Shown: positions 1 to 11,706 of the stretch, piece by piece
Position numbering within the stretch: the first letter of the stretch is position 1
Layout: the number at the start of each line of letters is the position of its first letter
Source: Lingula anatina
Lineage: Eukaryota > Animalia > Brachiopoda
DNA: 64,000 nt
Direction of reading: 5' to 3'
Assembly: GCA_051362555.1 (NCBI GenBank)
Contig: CM120640.1
Location: 3,906,001-3,970,000 of the forward strand
Position numbers and translations under genes: made by a program
The notes under the pieces: generated by a model
What the model was told of the DNA's origin: nothing
Databases searched by the model: none
Seen by the model: only the letters and a program-made list of their open reading frames with translations

Positions 1-1220
1 ACTACTTGTGGAACTGGGATAGATGTGACAATTGTTCTGTGGGGTTACTTGTATTTGTCATTGTGTGCCAGCCAGCTACTTGTAGACCATACAGCAATAC
101 ACAGCTGTTGCAGCTAAGTGTGCATAGTAAAACTCATTTTGATTAGTGAAAACTCATTTGGCTGTTTCCTGCAAAGCAAAGAAAGGTAAAATTAGTATGA
201 AACAATGTTTTTCAAAAGTTTTAATTCAATCTTAAAATTGTCTAGGTACTGTGGTAAGTTTTTAGATTGGAAGTAGAACTGAATGCCTTTCATACAATTT
301 TTTCTTAAATATGTCCAAATTAACGTTAAATTTTTAATGAAAATTTTTGGTTATACAATGGTTATCGCCTATAAAATCCACTCAATGTTGCAGCAAAAAG
401 TAATAATATCATGACATACATACACACATGCAAGAGTAAAATAGATTAATGTGGTGTGTGTAAAACACCTTTTTAAAAATCTGTTTCTTACAATAAAATC
501 AATTACAAGTTTGCTTTGGGGCAGATACTGAGTACGGTTATTATACAGTACGTGTGTATTAAAAATACCTTTACGGTCTGAAGCAGTTGCAAAACCTGAA
601 TTATTAAAAACTTGACCAACATCACTTTCTCAATACTGCCATGTATAAAAGAGAGAACGAGCTCCTTGTATTACCCATGATCATCAAATCACAAGTCAAT
701 ACCAAAGAACATTTATCGATCGTTGACAGTTATTTCTTTGTAACGCAACTGCTCCCTTACTCATGTTACTATTCTTCTTTATCAGAATTTTCAATGATTT
801 GTAAATGGCAAACTCATGTTCGGATGTCTATATGGCAAAATACCAGTTACTTACATTTAAAGTTTCAGTGATACATGCGGCAACTGAGCTAGCTGGTACA
901 AACAACTCAGACAAGCCTCCAAAGCACACCTGTGTAAACTGTCATGGCTGCCGTAGATATGACGTCAGACATCAACAAAGGAGCGCCCTCTCCAGGGAAT
1001 AAGTATCTGCGCATGCGTTCCTTTTAAGAAGCCTTCTTAGGATACAAGATAGGCCAACAGTTTGTTTTGAATGAATCGAACTATTCTAGTGACATATTTA
1101 GTGGATAATCACCTACGATATATTCGCTAAGAAGCAGATGTGTAAAGTGAGATCTTATTTCTTTAGGAGACTTACACAGTAGTATGTCTTGAAAGACTTT
1201 CTTAGAGACATCTGGTGGCT

Positions 1221-1233
1221 GTCGCTTAGCAAC
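1221..1233. promoter_or_regulatory. Putative RFX X-box upstream of RSPH3
   Basis: GTCGCTTAGCAAC fits the X-box consensus (GTNRCY-N-RGYAAC) and lies ~370 bp upstream of the ATG of a motile-cilia gene. Confidence 0.5.
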
Positions 1234-1594
1234 TATTGACATAAACAGGTCAATCAAAGTTGTTTTGTATCCGCTCATAAAATAGTCCTCACTTGCACAA
1301 AATATTATAGAATTGAATGATAGATGTCATTTTCAACCAGTAGCATCGTTAATTATTGCATATTATACAATTTTTTGTATAACATTTACGATCATAAAGC
1401 ATAGAAAATATAGCATTCAAGATATAATTCTTATGTATTCATCCTCAAAGTGAGGCGTCCAATTGATGCTGTGTTGATTAGTGTTTTGGTCGTCCATTCC
1501 ACATTGCTAAAAGGAGAGAGTTGCTGATTGAAGGGGTTTTAGTTGATATCTCTCGCACAGAAGGACATTGTTTTGGTGATAAAAATCTGGGAAG

Positions 1595-4446
1595 ATGACT
1601 ACATTATTACCTCAAAAGACTGAAGGGACATACACCTTTGCTAGTCAACCAAGAGCTGTACAACAGAGACGAAAGTACAGAGAAACAGAACAGCAGTAAG
1701 TATTGCTATGATTATAATAAAAAATATGTAGATCCATGATATTATTTATCGACATTATATGGACGTTGTAAAGAAGATCAATATATTTATCATCGTCCAT
1801 TTTGAACAAGAAAGTACAAGTGTCTTGATCAAGATTTACAGAGGGTCTCGTATTATAATTAATTACAGAAAAAGTCTTTAATTATAGAATCGGCATCAGT
1901 GTACGCTCTTCTTAAGATTGATATATTACAAAATAACATTGGCAATACAGTCTGCCAGTCTCCCTAAACAAAACTGATTTTCAGTCAGCCACTTGATTAC
2001 AATGACATTTACAACATTATAGATTAATTTTCTGTTGTGATCTAAGAAACCTACCTATTACAAGAGGTAGAATATTCAGTGTATGTCCCATGTTATATTG
2101 AAGTGTATTTCATTTAAGCATGTAGATCATGTAATGAAAAAAAACTGCCTAAAATATTTTAGTTATTTTCAAAATATTTTTCAAAGAAAATATAAATTAT
2201 TATTGCAAGTTAGTTGTAATACTTCTCCTAGTAACGGATGGTAGATAATACTATTTATTTTTCTTCTTTTTAGAAATGAAGGTCCAGCACCATATGGCAA
2301 CATTATGTATGATAGAAGAATTGTGCGAGGAAACACATATGCACAACACACACTACCAGCAGTAAGTGTGTTTGTCATATAAAATGATAATTGATAGTAA
2401 AAGAGTTTAACAATTCACAAACACAAACATGATTCTGGTTTGACATATTGAGGCCAATTTTTAAAAATGAAAAACTCACACTGTCCAGAATCAGTGATCA
2501 TTAAATCAAAGTCTGATAAAATTTTTATCAATATAAAACCTACTTGAAAGTTGTGGAAATTCAGTTGATATTCCCATCATCCTGTGTCACTCCAGAGAGC
2601 ACAGCCAGACCCTATTGAGATTCAGAGACAACAAGAGGCAAGGCGACGTGCAATTGCTAGAAAAAGAGCAAAAGAACAGCTTCGTCCCAGATCTCCCGAG
2701 GCAGTAGAAGGGCGTAAGCACATTGATGTTCAGACAGAACTGTACTTGGAAGAACTGAGTGACCGTGTTGAAGAGGCTGATGTTGACTGTCAGACAGATG
2801 CCTTTCTGGACAGACCTCCTTCTCCTATGTTTATCCCGGCCAAGACTGGTGTGGATATTGCTACACAAATTCTAGAAGGAGAGGTGAGAAAATCTTGCTA
2901 TTAAATTAAATTTTTCTAGTTTTAAAATTATTATTTTAAATGTAATTTATTTTAATTGATTTTTTAATGGGGGGCAGAGAAGGCAAATTTCTTATCAGAT
3001 GTACCAGCTTTTTTTTATTTTTATTTATCTATATATTTTTATCAAATTATTTTAAAGTATATGCATAATTCTATTTTTTTTCAGCTTTTCGACTTTGACA
3101 TTGAAGTCAAGCCAATTCTGGAGGTGTTGGTGGGTAAGACAGTGGAGCAGTCTCTGTTGGAGGTAATGGAAGAGGAGGAACTGGCGAATCTTAGGTCGCA
3201 GCAAAGATCCTTTGAAGAACTGAGAAACGCAGAACTTGTGGAACAACAGAGGCTAGAGGAACAAGAGAGGAGGCATAGAGAAGAAAAGGTAAAGATTATA
3301 CAGACAGTTTGTGACTTAGATTAGACATTTTCTTTAATGTTATGTTTTAAAGGTGGTGGATTAAATGTGTTTCAGATGAATTTTGTTAATATCACAGGCT
3401 ATAATATCTCAGATATAGGACATTCAGCAGCACAGGACCCCACTATTACAACATATGTTTGACTGAATAAGAACAAAATGATTTACTCCAATTTTTTGTA
3501 TGTCTAGGAACGTCGCATGAAACAACAAAGAGAAATTCTTAGAAAAGAAAAAGAAACAGCAGACAAAATTGCTGCGCGTGCCTTTGCCCAAAGCTACCTG
3601 GCAGACTTGGTGCCTTCAGTTTTTGGAACGTTATCGGACAATGGATACTTCTTCGATCCCATTGAAAGAGGTAGGTCCACACACCAAGTTTTGCTCTACC
3701 ATTCTTTTAAATTTATTAGCCATTTTCAGATATTTGTTATAAGCATCATTGTGATAATTGTCTTGGCGTGAATGATCGTATATAAAGAACAATTTGATTT
3801 TACAAAATTTAAATTGTGTTACAGATGTTGAACAAGGCTTTATCCCATGGCTTATGGAAAGAGTGGCTGAGAGACTTGAGAAACAGAACCTTGGTCGCCT
3901 GGTCGTGGATGGCATTCTGCGTGAAGTGGTCAAGCAGCGGTGGGAGCATTTTAAGAAGTATGAACTGACCAGTGAGGTGGCAACAAATTACCAGGAGGCT
4001 GTGGACCAGCTGGCGGAGACTGTGAAAGCAGAGGGTGAAACTGAGACTGCCCCAACGACAGAGGGACAGGCTGGAATTGAAGTAACGATAGCTGAAACAA
4101 CTGAGGTAATTGTCAGTTATTATTGCTTATTGTATTTATATATTTAATATATATTTTATTGTCCATAGTTACCATTACATGTTACATACATGTTTGCATA
4201 CACTAAAAGATTAAATAGTAAGATGACTTAAGGTAATAAGAGTCTTTAATAGATCACTTAATACTTTTTCAAATTATTATTATTATTTTTAGAAATAATA
4301 TATAATATTTCATTATAACCTTCCAGGCTGAAAAGACAGAAGCTGAACCTGAATCACAACCAGAGACAACAGAGGCTGCTGAGGAAGGAGACGGAGGCGG
4401 GGAAGGGGAGGCTGAAGAAGAACAACAACAGCCTGTAGAGGAATAG
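1595..4446 (+). CDS. RSPH3: Radial spoke head protein 3 (axonemal AKAP), 7 coding exons, ~414 aa
   Basis: Exons 1595-1695, 2274-2361, 2596-2883, 3085-3288, 3508-3670, 3825-4105, 4327-4446. All introns are GT-AG and phase-consistent (1245 nt total). The translation has the RSP3 motifs YGNIMYDRRIVRGNTYA, GRKHIDVQTELYLEEL, QTDAFLDRPPSPMFIPAKTGVD and LFDFDIEVKPILEVLVGKTVEQSLLEVMEEEEL, then an acidic tail. AATAAA at 4856-4861. Confidence 0.95.
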
Positions 4447-4925
4447 AATTAAAGATTACCTATAACTTGAAAATGGACAAGTTTATATTTTTATTACTGC
4501 AAACAAAAGAAAAGTATTTATTTTATTGAAATTCATGTTGTATTTCACAATTGCCACTACTACCAACCACTTCCATGTTTTGAAGCCGAACATTTGTTGA
4601 AAATGTGACTACCATATCTAAGGTGCAGGAGGTCCATGCAGGAATAAAAAAAGAAACTTTTGATTGAAGCTTCCAAATGCATCTTTCAGTTTTATGGACT
4701 GGAGAAATGCTTTTAGCTTCTGATTGTGTCCAGAGTGTCAACATGTTATTGTAACATATGTGATATTTTTCCGTCCATTAGCCAAGTATAGTGACTTGTT
4801 AATATGTAAGTTTTAACGTATTCATTGTACATAGAATTTCATCTTGTTTACATCAAATAAAATATTACAAAATAATGGTTTTCTTTGTCATTGGTAATTT
4901 TTTTATTGAATGGTTTTCATACCAT

Positions 4926-4954
4926 GTTTCTAACAACTGCTTGTCACTAAACAA
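4926..4954. promoter_or_regulatory. Tandem X-box-like motifs, possible promoter of the Tctex-domain gene
   Basis: GTTTCTAACAAC (4926-4937) and GTCACTAAACAA (4943-4954) lie just past the RSPH3 polyA signal. Downstream GTAAGT donors (~5107, ~5467) could end non-coding first exons. Confidence 0.3.
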
Positions 4955-6277
4955 AAAATAAAGGAACAAAGTTTTAGATAATATCTCTTAGATAATTTCT
5001 CTTTACTTCAAATGAATATTTTTAATATCTAGAGATCCATGACCAGCTGATAGATTATAACATTGTGTTAGGTGATAAAGGCACCAAGATGACAATCATA
5101 GATCAAGTAAGTTTATGGCTGATTGTGTTAGATGCACCAGTGGGTTGCGATGTAGCAATCTCTTTTGGCAAGTACGAAATGTTTTGTCGCTGGCGGCAGT
5201 CACACATTGGCTGCGACATGTCTGTATAGGTCATACCGAAAACGAGAGATAAAACGAAGACCGACTAAATGTTTTGTTTTATAACGTTTAATGTAAATTA
5301 GGAAATAGTCATAATGTTCAATGCTTGATTTTATTCTACCCAGTGTATACAAAGGTTTATATATAGCCAAATGATTGATGTAATAGCACCCAATGTATTA
5401 CGTATAGGTTCAGTTTTATTAAAAATACTTATCAGCTCGTAAATACATCGTAAGTCACACCAACAGGTAAGTTCAAACTGTTTTCAATTCTACCTGTCTA
5501 GCATAAATTCTGCTAGTCCCTTTAAAGAAGAAATGGCTAAAGTCTAGTGAACTTCCTTTTCTTACTTTTGTTTTCTTTCCCAAGAAGGCTTATATGGAGA
5601 TGGAATTGTGAATACTATTTGCGGGATAAAGGTAACAAATGTCAGTAATTTTACCAAAACAAATTGGCTATTTATACTCTCTCTGAAACCGCAGAAGCTT
5701 TGCCAAACACGCACTAGATTAACAGGAGCTTTCCTCATTTCATCCGCTCTTTGTCAAATTGAAATCGGCTTGATTGATAGGAAACAAACTTATTCATTGT
5801 GCTGTTAGTTTAAGACTATTAGAGAATTGTTAAACATCTGATACAATGGTATTTGTTTGCCAGTGCTGCAGGGAGGAAGGATTGCCATTCAGTTAGGGCG
5901 TTTGGATGGTTTGTTGTGTAAATTTTAGGGGCAGAACAACACAATGAACGCTGTGATGGCCCCGGTGGCAAATAACAACCGTCCCTTTATACCAAGTACA
6001 CATTGCCTGACCCGGACCAAGTAACCAATAGACTAAATCGGGATCCCACGTTAAAAAAAGAAAAAAGAAGTTCATCTTTTGGATGGATAAATGATAATCG
6101 TGAGGTAAGAATCTGTGAATAATTGTTTGGAGTCACCAGGGATGAGAATTTTATTTGGGTTTACCTAAAAAGATAAGAAATTACAGTAACCTAATGACGC
6201 CTTGAGCCAGGTGAAAGAAGGAACATTGATCTACACCTCGTGGGAAATCACGCTGATTGAAAACGAAGAAGAGGTAA

Positions 6278-6303
<26 letters not shown>
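6278..6303. repeat. (CT)n microsatellite
   Basis: Perfect CT run. Confidence 0.9.
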
Positions 6304-6309
<6 letters not shown>

Positions 6310-7521
6310 AAAGTAATTTTCTTGTAAAATTGTCAACGTTTCAGATTGATTTAATTTCCATTATCAAAGCGTGCAGAATAACGACATGGTTAATATTGGC
6401 CGTTCTTCACATTGTTTATTCTCCTTGTCCAAAGAATGTTTTTACTACAGATACATTAAATATACCAAAGAGGTGGCTTTTCGTATAAAGGGTATCTTGA
6501 ATTTGATAATTATGGTGTCGCCAAAATATGAATTTTTAAAATAAATCCCGAATCTGCTTATAACTTTAAAAACTTCCTTTATTGACAAAAATAAAGGTTT
6601 TGATAATCGTCCCTTTTTCTCTCTTTATCCAAAAGGCCATTTTCAAAACAAGTAGGTGAATTTACACAGGTGTGTGGTATGTCCAGTATTAGGTTCAGTA
6701 GGCCTAACTTACTGTAACAACTGTAACTAACATGAGTTATGTAACACTGTCGCAGCGCATTAGGCAATGGTAATAGAGCGAACCTAAGTGAATTTTATAA
6801 TGTTCAAGCCAAAGAAAAACACTGCAATTTCACACAGATTTCTATGTCGTGCTCAAAGCTGTTGTTTTGCGTGTCGATAACGATCGTGATATTAGCCTTA
6901 ATGATTAGCGAATTTAGCTTTGAATTATCTTATGCTCCAAAATATCGTGACTTCTAATACTTCACGATAACTGAGGTAGGCACAGATTAGCCGCACGCTG
7001 CCAGGAATGTAGGGTGAGATTAAATGTTGTTCTCTCTTCTGCTTTCAAGAACGATATAGCACATAAGGAAAATGGCTAAGCCCTCTCTTTCCTGGTTCAG
7101 CTCACTCTTTGATTTTTGTGTGACAGATTTTAACTTTCTTGATTCTGCTCTTCGTTTTGAATATTATACGCTGTATATTTCTGTGTCGCACATAATTGGA
7201 TTTCAGTGTTGAAAATGACAGTATTGTTTTGTGTATTTTCAATCCCTTTTATACACAACATCACTTTCTATGTAGTTTTATATAGGTTGGACGAGTCAGC
7301 TTTGAATATTCTAAGATCAGATACGGGTTTGTTACGTTTAGTTCTCTAATTTCTGATTACAACATTACTTCATATGAGATTAGATTTGCTGACCTACGTC
7401 CATCACCAGTCTAAAATCAATTCATTTATCTCATTATAGGAACGCTCAGATTGATTTACTTAATCACATCGTTAATTCAACCCCCTTTGTCGTTTAGATC
7501 TGACCAGGCGCTGGAGATGCA

Positions 7522-8193
7522 ATGGAGTCTTTAGGAACAGCGATGGTGACGACTCTTCGCAAAGCCACAGATTCTGGGTCGTCCGGGTATGGATCCACTG
7601 AGAGGATCTGTGAAAAAGAAGACAGCGAGCCATTAAAAGACGCAGAGCCAGGGTTTCAAGCCCAGACAGATAATCATCATGGAAGCGTTCCCATCGTGCG
7701 ACTACCGTCTGCCGGTCCCAAGAAGAAAAGAAGAGGAACGGTTTGTTCTATGAAGAGTGTCGCGCAGATGAGCGTTGCAGCCAAGCGGTTAGCGATTGCC
7801 GCCAAGCGAGCATCAGTGTCTAAACAAAAAGTGGTCTTTGAGAATACGTACCGATTGGAACCAAACGAAAGTATGAGATTCAGGCAGGGAAAAGTGGAGG
7901 AAGCTCTCAGCGAACTTTTGGCATCAAGCTTAAAGGATGTCACGTACACAACTTACACGGCACGCAACTTGTCAGTGGACCTTTCCAATCAGATTAAATG
8001 CAGAGTAAAGGACATGGGCTTCAGACGACATAAACTTGTCGTGGATGTGTTCCTGGGCCAAAATTGTGGCCAAGGGATCGAGGTGGCCAGCAGATGTGTT
8101 TGGGACCCATCCGTGGACAACTTCGCTACCGCATCTTATCAAAATGAGTCGATATTTGCAACCGCATTGGTGTATGGTTTCTATTATGAATAA
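7522..8193 (+). CDS. Tctex-1 domain dynein light chain (TCTEX1D/DYNLT5-like), single coding exon, 223 aa
   Basis: C-terminal Tctex-1 domain: ENTYRLEP...IKCRVKDMGFRRHKLVVDVFLGQNCGQGIEVASRCVWDPSVDNFATASYQNESIFATALVYGFYYE, with the typical -YYE end. An acceptor (ctttgtcgtttag) ~25 nt upstream of the ATG implies a non-coding 5' exon. Confidence 0.92.
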   Translation: MESLGTAMVTTLRKATDSGSSGYGSTERICEKEDSEPLKDAEPGFQAQTDNHHGSVPIVRLPSAGPKKKRRGTVCSMKSVAQMSVAAKRLAIAAKRASVSKQKVVFENTYRLEPNESMRFRQGKVEEALSELLASSLKDVTYTTYTARNLSVDLSNQIKCRVKDMGFRRHKLVVDVFLGQNCGQGIEVASRCVWDPSVDNFATASYQNESIFATALVYGFYYE

Positions 8194-8766
8194 CGGAGCA
8201 ACAATTGGTTGGTAGTCTTCGATTAAGTTTTGGTGAAATGACTTGCATCAAAACCGTTTTCACTTTGGTCTGGTCTAGAATTTAATGAGCCAGATATTCT
8301 GACTAAATAACTACAGTACAAACCAAATCTACAATCTCTTTATTACGGAAATATATTTATTTTATCGTGAAATATTGCTACCCAAATTAAGGTTATGCTT
8401 CAATGTAAGAATTTATTTTCATTTGTCTGTTTTTCTCTCAATTTGTTTGACTGACCCGACAGACATATTTCTGGCTGTATACAGCAAATGTAATGTAAAA
8501 TGTAAATCAAAGCTTCTTTAGATCACGATTTATTGATCGACAAAATGTTTACTTCTCAATAAACCACAGGACTTTGATTTGGTGAGATGTCTAATTTGAC
8601 TCTGGTCATGAAAGGCGATATATCTGGACACGTCTGTTATTTCCGAAAAAGCTGATTTATTATTTGGTCTCTGATCCTGTGACACAAAAAGCAAGGACAG
8701 AACTGAAAGCACTGGATTACTTGAACAACGTCACAAGATGGCTTTTATCTCCGAGACGGATAGATA

Positions 8767-9522
8767 CAGGGTGACCAAAAAATTAGAAAAAAACATAAAA
8801 ATTTTATTAAATCCTACAAATTTCCATCAAATTTCAAGAAATATGCTGGAATAAACTTCAATATGTGCATAATCATCCCCTATACTAGTTTCAGTTATCT
8901 TGGTCCCTTCGCATTAAAGTTATGTTCTTTTTAAAGATATGCGCCAAATGGTTTCCATGACATTGGATGCATACTTGCATGCGTCGCAAAAAACTGTCAA
9001 ATTCTCGAGCCCATTCCTACTTCGGGATTTCCATGATTTTTGCTGTGATTGATGCCCTCAGTTCGCCAATCATTTGAGGGTTGTTCTGGTACAAATTGCC
9101 ATCGAGATACCCCCCACTGATAAAAATATAGGGGGGGGGGGGTCAAGTCCGGTGAATACCGTGCCCACTCAACATCACACTTCATGCTGAGCAGTCACTC
9201 TTGAAATATCCTTCTCTCAGTCAGATAATGTGTAGGGGTGGCCCTGTTTTGTTGAAACCACTGTCCATCTTGATCTATCACTCTGAATTGCCCCAGTGAT
9301 GTCCAAAACTTCCCCAGCACTGCCACAGCAATTTCAATTTTTAGACGTATGCAAGTGTGCCTCCAATGCCGTGGAACATGACTTTTATGCAAAGCTACCA
9401 AGATAACTGAAACTTTAGGGAATGATCATGCGCATATGGAAGTTTAAGTGGACCTTTTAAATTGTAGGATTTCATAAAATTTTTATGAGTTTTATGGGTC
9501 TGTTTTGTTTTGGGTCACCCTG
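8767..9522 (-). mobile_element. Internally deleted Tc1/mariner DNA transposon with long TIRs
   Basis: TA|CAGGGTGACC...GGTCACCCTG|TA. Imperfect inverted repeats run ~130 bp inward (e.g. gtttcagttatcttggt vs accaagataactgaaac). Minus-strand transposase relics WFQQNRATPTH and WARYSPDLTP..YFYQWG match the WFQQDGATPH and WPARSPDLTPLDFFLWG motifs. Confidence 0.9.
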
Positions 9523-10304
9523 TAATTATTAATTCAGACAAATGGGACTTTAGTGAGCTGCAATAATATCTTAACTGTCAGCTTTATTGATACATACGGC
9601 CCAAACACTGACTTGGCAATAAAACTTGGCAATAACTTGTCCATATCAATGCATGACATGCCGAATGATGACCGTGTCATTTCCAATTATTTTGACGGGA
9701 GGATGAATCCGGATACAGATTAGGACCAGACCTATTAAATTAAAGATAATCATGAACACATCGAATGTTAGAACGTATGAAAGCTTTTGGTCTTATTAAT
9801 GTGTATAAATAGCAACAGGCGGTCAGTAGGTGACAAACATTAAGATTCATTTGGATTTGAAGGAGCGTCACATCCCTGCATCTCTTGCTTTAAACAGCGT
9901 GGTTCATCGCTATCTTCTTTTTGCTTTAATGACCCTTAACTGCTATTACATATTCAATCTGTAACAGTAAGGGTATTTCTTCGTGACTTGCACTTCTATT
10001 TCAATATAAAAGATACATGTATAAGGCCATCGCGTTAGCCAGCGTTAGCAAAGCGAACAGTGTTAACTTTCAATTATTTGTAAAGTATCAAAATACCCAG
10101 CACTTTTAAAACGCGGAGTAGAAAAAACTCTGTCAATCAGACCAGATTAGACTTCTCCCTTATATCAGAAAGCCTCTTCAGTAGCAAATACAGATGGAAC
10201 ATTGCACCTTCGATACTGAGATGGTATACATGTACATGTAGCTGCGTTCACTCTTGGCGACAAGTTTAGATAGGGACGTTAGGCTGGAGCCTAGTTTGGC
10301 TTTC

Positions 10305-10620
10305 ACTTTCCATTCCAACATGACGATACCCTCTTCAGCCTATCTGAACAACACGACTCTTATACCAGAAACAGGAAGTTCAGCAACTGGACTGGCCTGT
10401 ATTTTCCCCTGATTTGATTCCCATTGAACATTGTTGGGATGCATCAGACCGGGCTGTAAGGGAAGGGGGGTCCAGGCGGCTTCAATGGATGAGCCAATAA
10501 AAGCTTTAGCAGAAGACTGGGCTGATTATACCCAGAGGTATAACAATAAACTGGGCGAGTATAACCCCCGAAGGATAGATGCCGTCTTCGCGACAGCTAC
10601 AGTATACGAGATCTTTACTA
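10305..10620 (+). mobile_element. Degenerate Tc1 (DD34E-type) transposase fragment
   Basis: FQHDD at ~10313 and LDWPVFSPDLIPIEHCWDA at 10387-10443 match the Tc1 motif WP..SPDLNPIEHLWD. The frame is disrupted. Confidence 0.8.
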
Positions 10621-11546
10621 GAGTTATTCATCATGGAATAACATTGGCTTTAGGTGACGCTAGTATTTTGCATGTATCTACGCTTCCGGGGACATTACAT
10701 TTTCTGTTCACTATGAATTGGTGGTGATTTACCAAGTGTTAAATTGATGACCAGGAAAGAGCCCAAATAGACATTGTGTCACGAATGTACTGTCACTCGA
10801 AGTTAGAACATGGCATTTTAATGAAACACAAATGAACTTGATGAATGGCGCAGTTTGGCTTAGGTTGGCCTTATTGAAATCACAAATGCAATATTCTGTT
10901 GGAACATTCTATCATTTTAGCAAGAGTATACATCATAACGTCCTTAAGAAAGGCAAAGGGCAATAAGTATTCAGAAATATGTTGTTATTTGACCTTAAAT
11001 ATATTAAGTCTATGAATCAAGTTGACACGAACAAAAGAACACAATATGCCCCTGCCGTTATGACTTGAAAATTACAAATGAGAGAACTTTTCTTAAAATA
11101 CAATTTATCATAAAAGTAAACCTTTTTCTTGACATATTTATTACTAACGGAGATGACTGGAGTAATTATTTTCGTGTCATCACGTAGAAAAAAAAATAGA
11201 ATCGTACGATGTGAACAATCGACTTAAAAAAGAAAAAATAATTGATCTTGATAAGCGAAGAAGGCGTAAGTAAGGGGATGACATGATTATGTAAAAGCTA
11301 TATTGATATAAGGGTAGAAGTAACCCACAATCTACTTTTTTAACCAAGAAGAGAAGCAGTCTACATCTAAAGTAATTTCTCGGATAAAAGGACATGTACT
11401 GTACTGACTGAGGTATACTGCACTTTACTTACTTTACTTTCATCTTCATCTTATACCACCAGGGATGTCAAAGGGGAAAAGAGCAATTGATCTTGGGCTA
11501 ATTGAAAGTCTTGTTAAGTGGAGTATGGTATTTGGTTCATGTCTCT

Positions 11547-11706
11547 GGTCCCATTCAGAATAGGGGACTAACTAGTTCGAGGGCCACTTGAATACTTCCC
11601 CACGGGATATCTATTCAGTGTCTATTAGCCGATTAGACGGCAAGCTTTGTAGTAGGTCGCCATATTTGATCCTCGGACTAGTTAGTCCCCTATTCTGAAT
11701 GGGACC
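11547..11706. mobile_element. MITE (~160 bp, PIF/Harbinger-like)
   Basis: Perfect ~29-bp TIR GGTCCCATTCAGAATAGGGGACTAACTAG / CTAGTTAGTCCCCTATTCTGAATGGGACC, with TCT on both flanks (3-bp TSD). Confidence 0.85.

Noticed and set aside
10431-10727. 98-aa ORF
   Set aside because: It has a non-ATG start and overlaps the decayed Tc1 transposase tail.
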